Part shown: in pieces, positions 10,411 to 24,391 of the stretch
Position numbering within the stretch: the first letter of the stretch is position 1
Layout: every line of letters begins with the position of its first letter
Assembly (NCBI RefSeq): GCF_964204645.1
Contig: NC_134032.1
Location: 11,768,275-11,832,274 of the forward strand
DNA length: 64,000 bases
DNA from: Tubulanus polymorphus
Lineage: Eukaryota > Animalia > Nemertea
Direction of reading: 5' to 3'
Program-made: the position numbers and the translations under genes
Notes under the pieces: generated by a model
What the model was told of the DNA's origin: nothing
The model's input: the letters and a program-made list of their open reading frames with translations, nothing else
Databases searched by the model: none

Positions 10411-11057
10411 GAAATTTTGTTCGCGTTTTAACCAAGTACTTAAAGAACTAAGTCTGATGGTGTAGAGCTTATAGTTCAGTTCCTGAATCCAGAAAAAATT
10501 GAGAATTGTTGAGTTGATTGGGAGGGGTTTGATTGAAAAAGAAGACAGGGGAGAGATGAGATGAGATTCAAAACAGTGACTCATGGAGAGATGACAGAGA
10601 GAGAGAGAGGGGTTAGGGAGTAGGGTTAGGTAGGCGCGAAGGAGTCGGCGTTCACCATACGCTGGAATTTTCAAGGGGCTGCATTCATTGTTAAGCGTGC
10701 GTCATCGGGCTGCTTAAGTAACTAGGCTTTCAATCCCGCCAAAAAATACAGAAACTTGATTTCAGTTTCGCTTCTTTTTCTAGTAGGGGCAGCAGATATT
10801 CTATAAGGGGTGGCTGATTTTCAAAAGGGTGGTGTAAAAATGAAAAGGGTGGCTGCCCCTCTGAACGCCGGAAGTTCATTGCGTAATGCAGCCATCATCA
10901 GAAATCAACACGGTACAACACATAAATATATAAAGCGGTAATTTATAAATAGGTACATAAAAGAGCCGGAAAGAGAGAGGAGAGATTTGATCAATTTAGG
11001 TGATTAGGTGACATTCATCCAAAAAATATAAGGCTGTGGGAAAATAAACGAATAATA

Positions 11058-11708
11058 AATGATTATTGATGTAGGTAGACTATCTGTACGTACTGACAAT
11101 AAATGTTTCACCAGATTATCACAGGTTATTTAAGTTTGAGTTGTTTAAACTTATGAAACGAAAACCTTTCAGTACGAGATGGATTCGCGGGGATTCCCTG
11201 TTCAATCATAAGGGTTTCTACCGAAAAACTTTCAAAATCCAGTCCAGATTATCACAGGTTATTTTAGTTTGAGTTGTTTAAACTTATGAAATGAAAACCT
11301 TTCAGTATAAGATGGATTCGCGGGGATTCCCTGTTCAATCATAAGGGTTTCTACCCAAAACCTTTCAAAATCCAGTCCAGATTATCACAGGTTATTTAAG
11401 TTTGAGTTGTTTAAACTTATGAAATGAAAACCTTTCAGTATAAGATGGATTCGCGGGGATTCCCTGTTCAATCATATAGGTTTCTACCCAAAACCTTTCA
11501 AAATCCAGTTCTACAGTTGTGAGTTAAGGTAATTGAAAATGGACCAAGGCGTGTTAAGAATAACCCCAGACTCTAGGGCTCAACGATCCTGGATTCCGTC
11601 AGGGGTTATTTGAGTTATCCTCATTATACTACAGTGCCAAAATGTGATAATCTGGTGAAACATTTATTGTCAGTGCGTACAGATAGTCTACCCACATCAA
11701 TAATCATT
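11058..11708. repeat. 66-bp inverted repeat (11058-11123 / 11643-11708) bracketing a 3 x 133-bp tandem (11111-11509)
   Basis: aatgattattgatgtaggtagac...ccagattatcaca vs tgtgataatctgg...catcaataatcatt; tandem units start 11111, 11244, 11377. Confidence 0.85.
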
Positions 11709-12424
11709 CAAATCTCCATCCCCGAAGACAAAGAGGAGAGGTTGTAAATCCTGAATCTAGGATTATGTAACTGCACTGGGCGTACAGATGTTCATAGCAG
11801 TTGCGTCATTACTGTAACAATCCATACATGGTATCAGTATGTGGTGTCTATATCTGTATCCTATCCCAGCCAATTAGTATCAGACTCTTGAGAAATGTCA
11901 GATTCTGCAATGTTAGAATTAAGGATTCTTGATATCCGGTTTATGCAGATGCCAGGCTTCCTTGTAAAGTTTTGATTGACTCCTCAATCCGTGGAACTGG
12001 GTTCAGAACCAATATTCGCCACACTTTATCTTTAAACGTAGAGACCGCCAATTAGCAGAAGTTGTCGACCACAAATTTCCTATTTTCCGCAGAAAACCCT
12101 TGACTTGAATTTCGAGTCCTTTTTTATTTCTCGTAAAAATACTCCCCGGTACTGGATTTATTTGTTTTAATTAGCAGCAGGTGCTGATGACCCGGGACAC
12201 AGGTGCGCGGAAACCCACCTCACTTTATTTTGTTTACTCAGAATGCGTCTTTGAAATGAGGATTAGTCAGAATTGTAAACGGCGCCTGTGAATCACGACT
12301 TCAAAAACACCGATCATTTTTCATCATGAATTAGAAAAAAAACACTTTAAAAAGATTTTTACATCTTTTGCACTCCTAGGTTTGACTTTTTGAGATTCGA
12401 CATTCAATAACTTCAACAACACTT

Positions 12425-12765
12425 CAGTAAAGTTATGTTTGAAATTATGATGAGTTACGGATGATGACCTTATAATCGATGACTTCACTGATTCAGTAAA
12501 ATTATGATGAGTTAACTGATGATGACCTTCTCATTATCAATGAGTATCACAATTCAATAAAATTATGATTAGTTACTGATGACGACCTTCTCATTCTCAA
12601 TGACTTCAATGGTTCAGTATAATTATGATTAGCTACTAAATGATGACCTTCTCATTCTTGGCGACTCCAAAATTATGATAAGATACTAATGAACGACCAT
12701 TTCATTCTAAATTCAGTTAGATTATGATTAAAAAGATTTTGATTAGTTACTGATGACGACCAGCT
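12425..12765. repeat. Degenerate ~56-bp tandem repeat
   Basis: Recurrent aattatgat(g/t)agttactgatga(t/c)gacctt(c)tcatt. Confidence 0.75.
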
Positions 12766-13985
12766 GAACGCGGGTTCGCCTAGAAACCACTGCGGATGCA
12801 GAAAATTCCTCAAATTCCCACGGGATTCGCAGTTTTTACCCCCATTTTTTTTCCACTTGATGTTCGATAGCGTTTATTTATTGTGTTAATATTTTCATAA
12901 CCCAGCCACACATCTCTCTTCTCATTTATTGTAAATCTCAGTTATTAGTTGTCAGACATACAAACGTACGTACGTATCATCATTGCCTGCTTATGGCGAG
13001 AAGTTCAGATCGGTTCAGACCTCATGAGAAGTTGACCCGAAGTCTGCGCTTTTGCGAGGCACTTATATTATTATTATGAATGAGTTGAAGATATCATAGA
13101 CATCGTAGGTTTAAAAACGAGTCCCGTAAAGATAGGGGAAGAGCGGAGAAGGGTGTGGAACAAAGACAACCATCTGTAGATGTTCATGAGAGAATACTGT
13201 TGCGAAATCTAGACCATTTCCCTCACTCTGCCATGACACAGTTTCAAAATAAACTTTCATCTTAAAAATCAAAAAAAGATTAAAAATTGATATTGATCCA
13301 TATATGCACAGTCGCGCGCTTACGTATTTTTAATATATTCGTACATGTGGTTGTTTAGACGTACGTCGCGCTGCGGCAGTGAGAGAGCTGGGAGAGGTGA
13401 TACGACTGGGGGCCAATTTTTATTCAACGTTAAACACTCTTGAGCTGTGCCAGAACTAAACCCTATCCCTAATTCTTTGCATATATGAAATTATAAATCA
13501 TTTCTTGCGGTTTATTTTGAGAACATTTCTCGCGATACGGCGTGATACGAAATGTTACATAGACAATGAAAACAGTTCGTATTATTTCAAGTTTGTGTCA
13601 TACATCAAGTATTTCCTGGCCCTGAGGGCCATGTTTGAAATCAGTACAGTGAGGGCGAGGAACAGAGCGGGCCTAGAATAAAAATCAAATTTCTCCCAAT
13701 AAATTTCTTCAGATGATGTGTTAAATGATGTTGAGAATAAACGAATTATTCGACGAATATAGACGGCCCATATTGGCCTTACCACTGAGGTATCCAGAGA
13801 ACTAGAAAGTATGTGATATTGTCATCAACTCAATTAGAAATGAACAACAGTTTTAATCACTTGGAGTTGCTACATTTTTGCGGTTGCGAAGTAAACAACA
13901 GTTAATTGCTATTTTTATTTCGAATTTCGGCGTTAGCCGGCAGAAGGCAGGATGTGTAGGTGGATTAAAGGGAATATAGAATTAA

Positions 13986-14258
13986 CCCTTCCAGTGCGGT
14001 GTATGAATCGGTGATGGATTTTGCGAGTACACCGCACTGCGGTGTATTGATTTAATTAGTAATTAGTAATTATCTCTCTTGAAAAATGGCTGCACCTGTC
14101 AAACATAGTGAAATATTAGAAAACTAACGATACACTGCGCCGCTGTGTAGACGCACTATAGTGGTATTCGCGTTATTAAACACACTAAGGTGGAATTTTT
14201 CAAAATTTTCAAATTATCTTCAGCACTATAGGGTATTGATTAGTCAGCACTGAAAGGG
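13986..14258. mobile_element. piggyBac-type MITE copy 1
   Basis: TTAA TSD, TIR CCCTT(T/C)CAGTGC...GCACTGAAAGGG. Confidence 0.85.
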
Positions 14259-14929
14259 TTAACTCGGTGATGATGAGGACCAAGCTGTCATGTATATACT
14301 GTCTAGTCAAGTGTAAATCACTAAAAACTTGTTGGTCGCTCAACTGCCAATCGGAAACATACATTTCAAGCATAAGCAAATTTCAGTGAATTTTGTCTCG
14401 AATAGATGAAGAAGTCGCACGTATGGTAGAATTTATACGAATGAAATCACGATGTTTCAGCTATTGCTACCATCAATTAGACTGACCAGGAACAGCTCAA
14501 ATGTCGAGTCGAGAATCAGGGAAAAGATTTCGATTAGATCGGTACCCAGTAAAGAGGTGATTCCTCCGCCGAATTCTTCACCTCACCTTTCTACCCGTGG
14601 GACCTCGTTACAGCGGGGACCAGAAAATCTGTTTCGTTAAAACGAGGTTTGACTGTTGTAGTACATTTTCAGTTGCGCTTAAAAAAAAGCTGATCCAAGG
14701 AGTAATTGGCGTCTCTCCAAATCATACAAACAAGTGAATATATCTGGAGCATCAAAAGATACAAAGATTAATTTTGTTAACATTTTTCTCGTAAAGGTTT
14801 ACGAAAAGCAAGGCCACGTGCGGATTGATATTTTTGTTTTTGCGATGCCCTCCTTATTGTGTTTAGGTTTTGGCTAAGATCTGTCTCGATATTTCGTTTG
14901 AAAATGTCGCCCACCCATTCTATCGTAAA

Positions 14930-15350
14930 GGACCCCCAGTTCTACGGTATTAGGTACAAAAATCGTTACCTCGCTGAACCATATCTAGAGCCCAGTTCTA
15001 CAGTTATGAAAAAATATGCAAACCTTACCAAACCACGATTTAGAACCCAGCAGTTCTACAGTTAGGTACAAAAAACCTAAACCGTACCAAACCAAATCTA
15101 GAACCCAGTTCTACACTTTCGTACAAAAATTCAAGCCTTACCAAAACAACTGAAGAACCCAGTTTAGTACGGCTGTTGTTCCAAGTGAACTTTCTGTCTT
15201 AAGTGAAATTATTTTGTAATTTCTTACGTGTACGAACCCAGTTCTACCGTTCTAGGTATAAAAATTAAAACCCCACCAAACCAATTCTAGATCAGAGTTC
15301 TACAGTTACGTAGAAAAATCTAAACCGACTCTAGAAACCCAGTTCTGCCA
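14930..15350. repeat. ~55-bp degenerate tandem repeat
   Basis: Recurrent cccagttctacagtta(g)gtacaaaaa...ccttaccaaacca..tctagaa. Confidence 0.75.
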
Positions 15351-18300
15351 ATAAAGTTGTGACGTCTACCAACGCTATTCCGGTTCATAGGCGCAAAAAT
15401 TCCAATTTTTACGGACAGAACGCGATTTTTTCCTTCAGTTCCGGGGAAGAAAGATTTTTGAGAGCTGTACATAGCGATGCCCCCTGCTGGTTACTGATTA
15501 CGTTAATTCTTACAGCAACTGAGCGATAAAAACTAAAAAACTAACGTATCAAGGTTAATACCTCGCCGGCAGCCACTGCGAGGGGCCTCATACTTAAAAC
15601 ACTTGACCAAAATCCTCCTTTTTTACTCGCGCAGCGGAGTTTTAGTAATTATATCAACTTGTCTAATTGTGATGCTATTATTGTAACATATTGTGCGAAT
15701 TCATTGTAGACTGTTCGATGATTTGTTTTGACTGGGTCGGATCATTGAGACCTGATATTTATATCATTTGGCCTCCCTATCTTCCTCCTCTAACCTCCCT
15801 CTCTCCTCCCCTCCTTCCTGCCCACTCTTTTTTCCTGTCTTCATCCAGGGAGGTCACCTTGCTTCATCTAACTGCCTTTCCTTCATTTCCCCATTATGTC
15901 TCCATCTCCTATCTAGGCCCATATGCAGCTTTTTTTGGGAGGGTGAATATAGGTCAGGTGGGTTATCATTTGCCGGAGTGAAGCTTTTTTGGTGGGTTCG
16001 GTAGCCTCAAAAAGAAAATTCTTAAAATTTGGAACGTTAAAGATGCATTTCTCAGCTAATTTAAGAAATGTTGTAAGTAAAAAACAAACGCCGCACTGTG
16101 CAGGACAATCAGTGATGGTAAAATCTGTAGTCTGAACATTTGTTTTTTATATGATATGGCAGGATTTTGGGCGGGATGCATTCCCCTGGGCATGAGCCTG
16201 CTGTCCTCACTCGCACCTAACCTCTTCATTTTAAGACTTTTTAAGACTTTTATCTCCCTCTTTCCTATGTCTCCACCCATTTCTCATTCATGTAACACAA
16301 ATTCAGCTAATTTGCTGCTATAAACACATAGACCTTTACCGTCAATTGCATGTGATGAGATACAATCAGATAATTCAAACAAAGACCAGTCAATCATAAC
16401 TCGTGAACAGATAGAGGGGCTAAAAGTCTAACAAATCATGCCCACTACAAATGTATAAACCGCAATTATTCGAATCACCGGTGAAATTATCAGGATGTTT
16501 TCGCAGCAATTAGAAGCGTCGATTTCGGCGTTATTTTCGCGTCTAGGATTTGTTTTAGGTGTCCTCATCTAAAACAGCCGACGAGCGGGTTTCACCCGGC
16601 GGGCGTCGGTGCGCGCGTACCATTTCCTGGAATATTAATCGACCTGATTTCGTAGTGGAGAATGAGTGGAGAATGAGGCGAGCGCGAATGGTATTTCCTC
16701 ATTAATTCACAGTTATATAAATAATCGTATGAAACCCTTTCTGTAAAAAGAGCGACTCGCGCAGGCGCGGAAGGAAATCTAACCTCACGCGCTGTGGGGA
16801 AAATATGACATTTCAAATTCGCTTCTACTTCTACGGAAACGTATTTTTGTATATTTCCGAAACTCTCTCGTATCTTATGAGTTCACACGAAAAAAAGATA
16901 ATATTTTTGTTAATTCTTTTAATTGGTTCAAGCGACGAAGCGCTTCTACTTAGTCGGCCGAAATCCAAAATCGAGAAAAATATGACATCGTGAATTCATA
17001 TGCGCGGGCTTTTGGCGAGAGTTGGGAAAAAAATTTTTTTGTTTGTTTTAAAAATCAAAAGAAGTTTTTCATTACCCCGCCCCTAATAAATCTGCCATAC
17101 AACAGCAATTTCAGGTTTTAGATTTTTTTACATGAACTGAACTACTTTTCCACGTTTTTAGCTGTTGTTGAAATGAAAATCATCTCGAGTGTCGAACATT
17201 GACTCTATTTGCTATTCGAGCAAACAAATACTTCTTGATCCCCTTACCCCCCAATAGAGATGGACAAAGAATTTTCAGTCCAGTTCAAAGGAGGAGGGGG
17301 GTTGCTTATTGCTTATTTATCAGTCCCGTACTGGTTAGGATTATCACATCTGTCGTGAGATAAGGATAAACTCTGGTTGACTGGTAAATGGGTTTATCAG
17401 CGCGATAACGAAAACAATTTATCCAAAACCATCGCAACAAGTGAAAAATATCGACAATCAGAGTTAGAGTTGAAAAGTATTCGATTACTGTCGGTGTGCC
17501 CCTGAAATCACCTCTGGAGTCATCAGTCACCTCATTAAACCGGAGATGATAGTCGAAAATAAATTCGTAAAGATTTTTGTTATCAGCGATATTGATACTG
17601 GTTATAAAATCAGTGACAAGGAAGAAAGATTGTTGATTTGCGTAGAGCGGCGTGTGGATTTATGAAGTGTTTAGATTAAGATGCACTTTGAAAGTACATT
17701 TGAACTGCGGTAATCAGAACCCTCATTACACGAGCACGCGATCATTTTTGGCAGGGGCCAAATTTGGCCTGGAACAACTGTTCACACGGGTGCCGAATAG
17801 ACCCCCTGCAAATTTGGCCCGACCCAAATTTTAGCTCCAGTCAAATGATTGCAGGGTCCAGTTCCGCAGTTCCGAGTTAACTCATTGAAAATGAACTAAC
17901 TTTAACTCGAGAGTTAACTGTAACTCACAACTGTGGAACTGCGTCCTCCGGGGGGTATAGAGCGGTGTGATAAGCCCTATATATAGACTGTAGCTATGTA
18001 CGGTTGGTTACTGATGCAGACTTTGAGTATGTGAAAATGTAGGTCTCTCATGTCGTATTATGGTCTCGATACAACAGCCATTACGGCGAGAGAGAAGCGC
18101 AAAAAATGTTCTCTCCGCGCGTTGTTGTCGGCGGAGAAAAAAAATCGAATCACAATCTGTAATCATTAATGAATTCTGTACGTCAGAATTTCTATTGTTG
18201 TTGATTTCGGTGTAGATGATTAGTTTTCATATGCGCTGGCTGTATATAGAATGGAACAGTAGATATATCTCTAAATTACTGGTATCAATTAATTTTCTGA

Positions 18301-20590
18301 ATTTTTTTAATTAAGGCTTGGCTTTATGATAATAGACCAGATCTGGTTCTACAGTTCGGCATTCATATTTGAATATCTATGTACAAATATCTCTAAATTT
18401 CTGGTATTAATTCATTTTCGGATTTTTTTCAATCGAAACTCAGTTTTATGACAGTTGATCGGACCCTGGTCCTAAGTTCGGCGTTAGAATTTGAATGTTC
18501 GTACAAATTATAATTCAGAGTTGATTATAACTTACGATGTATGGAATTTGGCCCAAAATTCGACTAAAGTTTTGTTTATAATTAGATTCTAAGAGTTCAG
18601 ATATTTGAAGAATAACTTTTCAATTCTATGGAGTCGATTCTTACGACTGCGGCCCCGGGTCCAGGGTTATTAAGCGATTAGTAGGCCCTGATTTCATAAA
18701 AATAAATTACAAACTCAACTGGCTTCTAGCCCAGGTTCGAGGTATAATTTCTCCATCTCAATCTAGTCTTGAGATTTAAAAAAAAAAAATTGAGAATAGC
18801 TAGAAGAAAGTATTCGTAAAAAGTTCTACCTACCTAATAAACTAATGATTCGATGATTAAAGTTTTGTCTTTGTTTCCGAGCTTTCCTTCGATGACGGTA
18901 ATACGATAGATTACGAAACAATTTTATCCGATCCTCGAAAAACTTTCTCTAAACTTTCGAATCATCTCAATATGAGGATATAGATCCTACTTCTGCTGTC
19001 GTCCTATGCGACTGGCTGTGACTGGCTGGCTTCGGTGAAAATATCTCGGGAAGAAATATTTGTGAACTATTTAGTGAAACCCCGCTGCTGACAAAAGGGA
19101 TATCTGCGATTTACAGAGTGTGTTCTGTGATTCTGAGCACTGACACACACGCCGTACCAGTACTGGTTTACGCTATAGTAGGTGGGCCGGCTACATTTAC
19201 GTATCTACCAATCATATCGTTCCTTTCGTCGGGCCTGCTGATGTCTCACCGATGTCTATAGAAATATGCGATTTCCTGAAAATCCTAGAATTCGTTCCTA
19301 GAATTTTGATTAGTAATTATAAGCCAGGAATTAGGTCATAACGGACGTGAGAATTGCGATCCAGTTCCGGCAGTTGGGTGTTAAGTTTAACTCTTTAGTG
19401 TTAAATAAGTAAATTTTGGCGGCACAGAGTCATGTTTAACTGATAATGTGGCACCAATTCTGCAGTACCCTTAAATTTTTTTGTCTTGAAATATGGATTG
19501 TCCCTGTAATTTATTTGGTCGGAAGATTTTGTCCGATTTGTTTCGATTCGATGTCCCTTACAAACCCCACACCTGCCAGCAATGAAAAAGGGGGGTTGGA
19601 TTTTGAAGGCAGAAATCGAAGGCCAGTCACAGTTGTGTGATAATCCGTCCAGAAATCACTGGCCCCAAAAAATAATGAGGTAAAAACGCACCATATACAG
19701 ATTAAAAGTTCTAAGATCGAGAATTTATTCAATCAAAAATTCAAAAATAGATATTTTCGTGTCTTTTTAATGAATTTTTGATCAATTTAAAACTTCTAAT
19801 CTGTATATAGTTCGTTTTAATCTTATTATTTGTTAGGACCAGTCATTTCACCAGTCAGGTGATAACTCTATGTAAGACAATGGAATTCATTTCACATTCT
19901 GTTGCAATGGTTCTAAGATCTTTGTTTGAATAATTCAGCTTGAAGGCATTCGGGGGGGGGGGGGGAGGGGCGGAGTTGGTCTACTGCACTAAGATTATAT
20001 CTTTAGAACAGTAGGCCCTTATTTTGTATTTGTTTATTTATGAATGTCGTTGTCATTGTTTTGCCGCCATTTTTTTTAAGCTTCTACGCGCGTACAGAAA
20101 AATTCTTCGTAGAAATATGGCCATCCGTGCTGATGGCTTTTGACCGCATTGGATGAGAAAAATGGGGTTATCACCGGTTTATCAGTGGTTTACCCGGGCT
20201 AATCGCTTGTGTGACTGGTTAATTAGGGTTATCAGGTGTGCGCTGTGGAGGTCAGGTGGCCTTCGTCAGAAAAAATTCTCTTCTCGGAGAATAATTCAAA
20301 TTGACGCATCATGCCGATGGAGGGTTGGAATAGAAAGAATTTTATGTGAAATGCTGAATTTGTGATTTACCAAAAAAAAAGTGATAAGAAAAATTTCGAA
20401 AAATTATTTTCATATTTCGGACTTCAAACTGAAAAAAAACTGAAAACTGAAAAATTAAAATTGATCATCAGAGGAAATTTCACTTTTGAGATCTTTGATC
20501 GGTAACTTCACACTTGATAGGTGTTAGATGTTTGTTCGATCATTTAGTTAATACCTTTATTAAATTTTCGTTTTTCACGTGTAATTTCAG

Positions 20591-20703
20591 GTGACCGGTG
20601 AAAAAGTGAGTAAAATGAGTCTGGTTGATTTGGCCGGCAGCGAACGTGCTCAGAAAACGGGTGCAGTCGGAGAAAGATTAAAGGAAGGAAGCAACATCAA
20701 CAA
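20591..20703 (+). CDS. KIF13: KIF13 exon ([37 protein letters not shown]), switch II
   Basis: tttcag|, |gtaag; DLAGSE. Confidence 0.97.
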
Positions 20704-20815
20704 GTAAGTTGATCGGAAATTTTACTGATGATTCCCACGCTAAGGGACATGTATGTCCATTTGATATTCAATTGCATATTCTAACTTATAGGTAATTTTC
20801 CCCTCAATGTCTTCA

Positions 20816-20924
20816 GGGCCCAGTTTCACAAAAAGGTTTAACTCTTAAATCGATTTAATTTCTTCATTAATACAGTTCATCTTAAATCGATTTAGGCCTT
20901 AATCCTTTTTGTGAAACTGGGCCC
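20816..20924. mobile_element. Harbinger-like MITE (GGGCCCAGTTTCACAAAAAGG TIR)
   Basis: gggcccagtttcacaaaaagg...cctttttgtgaaactgggccc with cag flanks; related hairpins at ~30713-30832, 48923-49056, 62122-62220. Confidence 0.7.
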
Positions 20925-21003
20925 AGCTTCAATGATAACTCAAACAAAATTGCAATATATACATGTATTTTTGAATTGCTTACGCTAGAATTTTTTCGTG
21001 CAG

Positions 21004-21115
21004 GTCATTGACGACTCTGGGTCTGGTTATTTCATCATTAGCTGATCAGGCGGCCGGCAAAAGCAAGAATAAGTTCGTACCTTACAGAGATTCCGTACTG
21101 ACCTGGCTTTTAAAG
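21004..21115 (+). CDS. KIF13: KIF13 exon ([37 protein letters not shown])
   Basis: tgcag|, |gtaac; loop12/PYRDS. Confidence 0.97.
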
Positions 21116-21154
21116 GTAACGAAAAAAATCTAGGTGCAAATTTTTCATCTAGAG

Positions 21155-21401
21155 CAGGGCTGTACCTAGCGTAATGTGGACGGGGCAGAGAAATCCGAAA
21201 AAGGGCAGTACCGAAGTCAAAAACAGATATAACGATTCTGCTTATACGGCCTGTTAGGCTCGTAACAAAATGCTTGTTAGTCCCAAGTGAAAGTAAGATT
21301 CTTCATTGAACTTCTATTGGATATAACAATAATGTTAGGAGAAAAGCTCTTTCCAAAATTTCTGGGGGCAACTACCCCCTCCCCCGCTATGTACGGCCCT
21401 G
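21155..21401. mobile_element. Short TIR element (hAT-like termini CAGGGC)
   Basis: cagggctgtacctagcg...cgctatgtacggccctg; no clean TSD seen. Confidence 0.45.
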
Positions 21402-21488
21402 TCTCGTGATCGCAAACATTTTTTCGAATGCAACGTGTTTGATAGGATGATTTGAATTCAACTGTTAGCATTGTTGTCGTTTATGCAG

Positions 21489-21701
21489 GATAATCTGGGC
21501 GGTAACAGTAAAACGGTGATGGTCGCCACGTTGAGTCCGGCTGCCGATAATTACGAGGAGACGCTGTCGACGTTGAGGTACGCCGACCGCGCGAAACGTA
21601 TCGTCAACCACGCCGTCGTCAACGAGGATCCGAACGCGAGGATTATCAGAGAACTTCGCGAGGAGGTTGAGGAACTGAAAACACAGTTGAATATGGCACA
21701 G
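21489..21701 (+). CDS. KIF13: KIF13 exon (DNLGGNSKT...[27 protein letters not shown]), motor end/neck coil
   Basis: Within ORF 21471..21707; tgcag|, |gtatg. Confidence 0.97.
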
Positions 21702-21952
21702 GTATGATAATAGAGGGCGCTTGTAGTGGGTTAGTTTATTGCGAATGATAATAGATGGCACTTGTCGGGGTCAGTCCAGAATGCTTCTTGAATATCTACT
21801 TGAATCTGGTTTTATGGACTAGTTTTAACTTTTAACTTGCCTCAGGGGTTAAACTTTAAAAGTCTTAAGATTTACACCCCAAGATACTTTGTTGGGTCGT
21901 GCAGGGGTAACATTAAGAAAATTGAAAAATGAACCTAATTTTTTGATTCTAG

Positions 21953-22072
21953 AACAAAGTCAGCGATGAGCCGGCCTGCATCGAAGAGAGATTAGAAGAG
22001 TCGGAAAAACTATTCAAAGATATGACGAAAACTTGGGAAGAAAAGCTGCAAGAAACGGAGCGAATTCATCAG
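21953..22072 (+). CDS. KIF13: KIF13 exon (NKVSDEPACIEERLEESEKLFKDMTKTWEEKLQETERIHQ), CC1
   Basis: ttctag|, |gtaaat; ESEKL...TWEEKL. Confidence 0.94.
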
Positions 22073-24256
22073 GTAAATATCGAACATCAGGAACCAGTGC
22101 GACAGTTGTCTAGTTGAAGTATTTGAACCTAAAGTTGAAAAATTAATTCATTGCCAAGTTTTTCCACCATAGCGGTCGAATTCATTACCCTCTGACCTGA
22201 GAGCTGCACCAGGATGTAACAACTTTCTGAGAAGCCTTAAAGACCTTTCTATTCAATAGAGCCCACCAGCACTTCTGAAGTGAAACAGGCGCTCTATAAA
22301 AAAAAAACAATTTTGTGTGATCAAGTTAACTATATACAGTTTTGGTATAGATGGCGCCTGGGTGGTTTACATTCGATCTGTCCATTCACCATCTATCAAC
22401 ACCGGTGCCATCTGGCTATAACCGGATGAACTAAAACCTCGCTGATTGTAGTCACGTTAAATGCGAATAAATGCATAATTGGAAAAAGTTGACTAAGAGG
22501 CGTTGAGGGTAGAGGAGGTGATGGGGTCTCGCCGGAATTAGTGAGTCACCCCGTCGTCTAGTAAGCCTGTTGACATTATTCGCGAAACATTGATTTATTC
22601 TCTAGATGTATTAATTCAACGAATGCTCCCGACGACGGCGTCTGCTGTCGTCTGTTCATGTGTCGCGAGCGTTTTCCGAAACGGCTTCCTCGGAAGTCAA
22701 TGGCCGAGCGCGGAAAAAACTTGTAACCGTTAATGAGAAAATCATATAGATATTATCATTACAATCGATTCATTCAGTTCGTGTGAATTGAGATTATTTT
22801 ATCGACGGAGACACACTCTCCCGTCCCACGCGCACCCCGTTTCTATCTGCGGTTCATGATAATCAATTGTAGCTAGTCTGTGTACCGATTTTAGATTGAT
22901 TGGCGCTCGGGTTCCAAAATAGAAGAGATTTCAATTGAAATTTTTGGTTTAGTCGCTATTGGTGAATTCGTGTTTTCAATGAGGACAACAATTCTACCTT
23001 AACCTTTTTAGGCATACACCTTTTCATGAAACCAGACCCTGGAGGAAATTTTCATTCTTCTGAAAACGATCATCTTCCTGTCTTGTGGTTCAGACATTTT
23101 TGTGATTATTTGTGATATACACTACAGCAAATCCCTTTTCATAAAATTTTACAGCTAATTTTACAATTTAAGTTCCGCAGTTCCGTTGTTTGCAGTTGTT
23201 CTAGCAGGGTTAAAATGTGAAATATGAAACTGTTAAAGATATGAAAATGTTTAACGGAATTACGAAAGATGTTACCGAAGGTTTTACCGTTGATTACTGA
23301 TTATTTGAACTTTTTTCTTTCACATTTCAAAGAAATATTACCAAAAAATTCAACATGTTGCTGATAGCACTTTTCAAAGCCTTGACTCTAAAATCAAATT
23401 GAAGTTCTATGACATTGATTGAGTTGGTTTTCGATCATCGTTCCCTCCTACCACCCGCGGACTTTCTAAAATGAATCCTCACTTAAACGAGAAATATAGA
23501 ATTCTTGCCGCACGCAGGATTGATATAATATATCTATCGGGTTATTTTTGTTGAAACTCGCTCAACCGGTAAAAGGACACCGAAAACCAATCAAACGTTC
23601 GCTCTCAAGTATTTTACCGTCATCGTTTTCACCTGCTGTTTTACCGGTTGCCAGGGCGATGACAGCCCCTTGTCGCCAATGGTTACAGCAGCGCCAGACG
23701 ATCGGGGAAAACGTGAAAATGAACTTTTTAATTTTCATTTGAGGGTACATTGTGATAGTACGTGTAGAATGGGTAACGGCTTAGAACATAATGGGCCTAT
23801 TCTAAGACAATATGGTTCTTTAATCAATCTGACAACTTAATACCAGTCTAAGCTCATTTTGGTTCTATAACCAATCTAACAACTGAAGACCACTCTAGAT
23901 CACTATCTAGATCAATCTAAAAACTAGGTCTAAACCAATTTTGGTTCTTTAATTAATCTAATAATGTAAGACTAGTCCAATTTTGGTTCTACAATCATTT
24001 TAACAACTTAAGACCAGTCTAATCCTATGTTAGCTGATCTACCAACTTAAGACCGATGCCAACTCATTTTCATTCTGAAATCAATCTTCAATCCTGAGAC
24101 CACTCTTTTACAAAATTTACAACAATCTTACAATGCAACTGTAGGTCCCTGAGGTGCGAGGCAATTCTCTTAATTAAAGAAAACGTTTAGGAACTTCCGG
24201 GGTAATCAAGGAAAATGGTTACTAGATGACATATATTTGTTGTTTTTGCGTTTCAG

Positions 24257-24391
24257 GACCGACACGCTTCGTTGGAAAAGATGGGAATTTCCGTTCAAAC
24301 TTCGGGAATCAAAGTCGAACACGGTCGATATTTCCTCGTGAATTTAAACTCCGACCCGTCACTCAACGAATTACTCGTCTATTATCTGAAG
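24257..24391 (+). CDS. KIF13: KIF13 exon (DRHASLEKMGISVQTSGIKVEHGRYFLVNLNSDPSLNELLVYYLK)
   Basis: tttcag|, |gtagg; pre-FHA LVNLNxDP motif. Confidence 0.96.

Noticed and set aside
12178-12220. Hammerhead-like aggtgCTGATGA...GAAAcccacct
   Set aside because: Stem I could pair, but stem II does not, and there is no UH cleavage triplet; better read as two CAGGTG E-boxes
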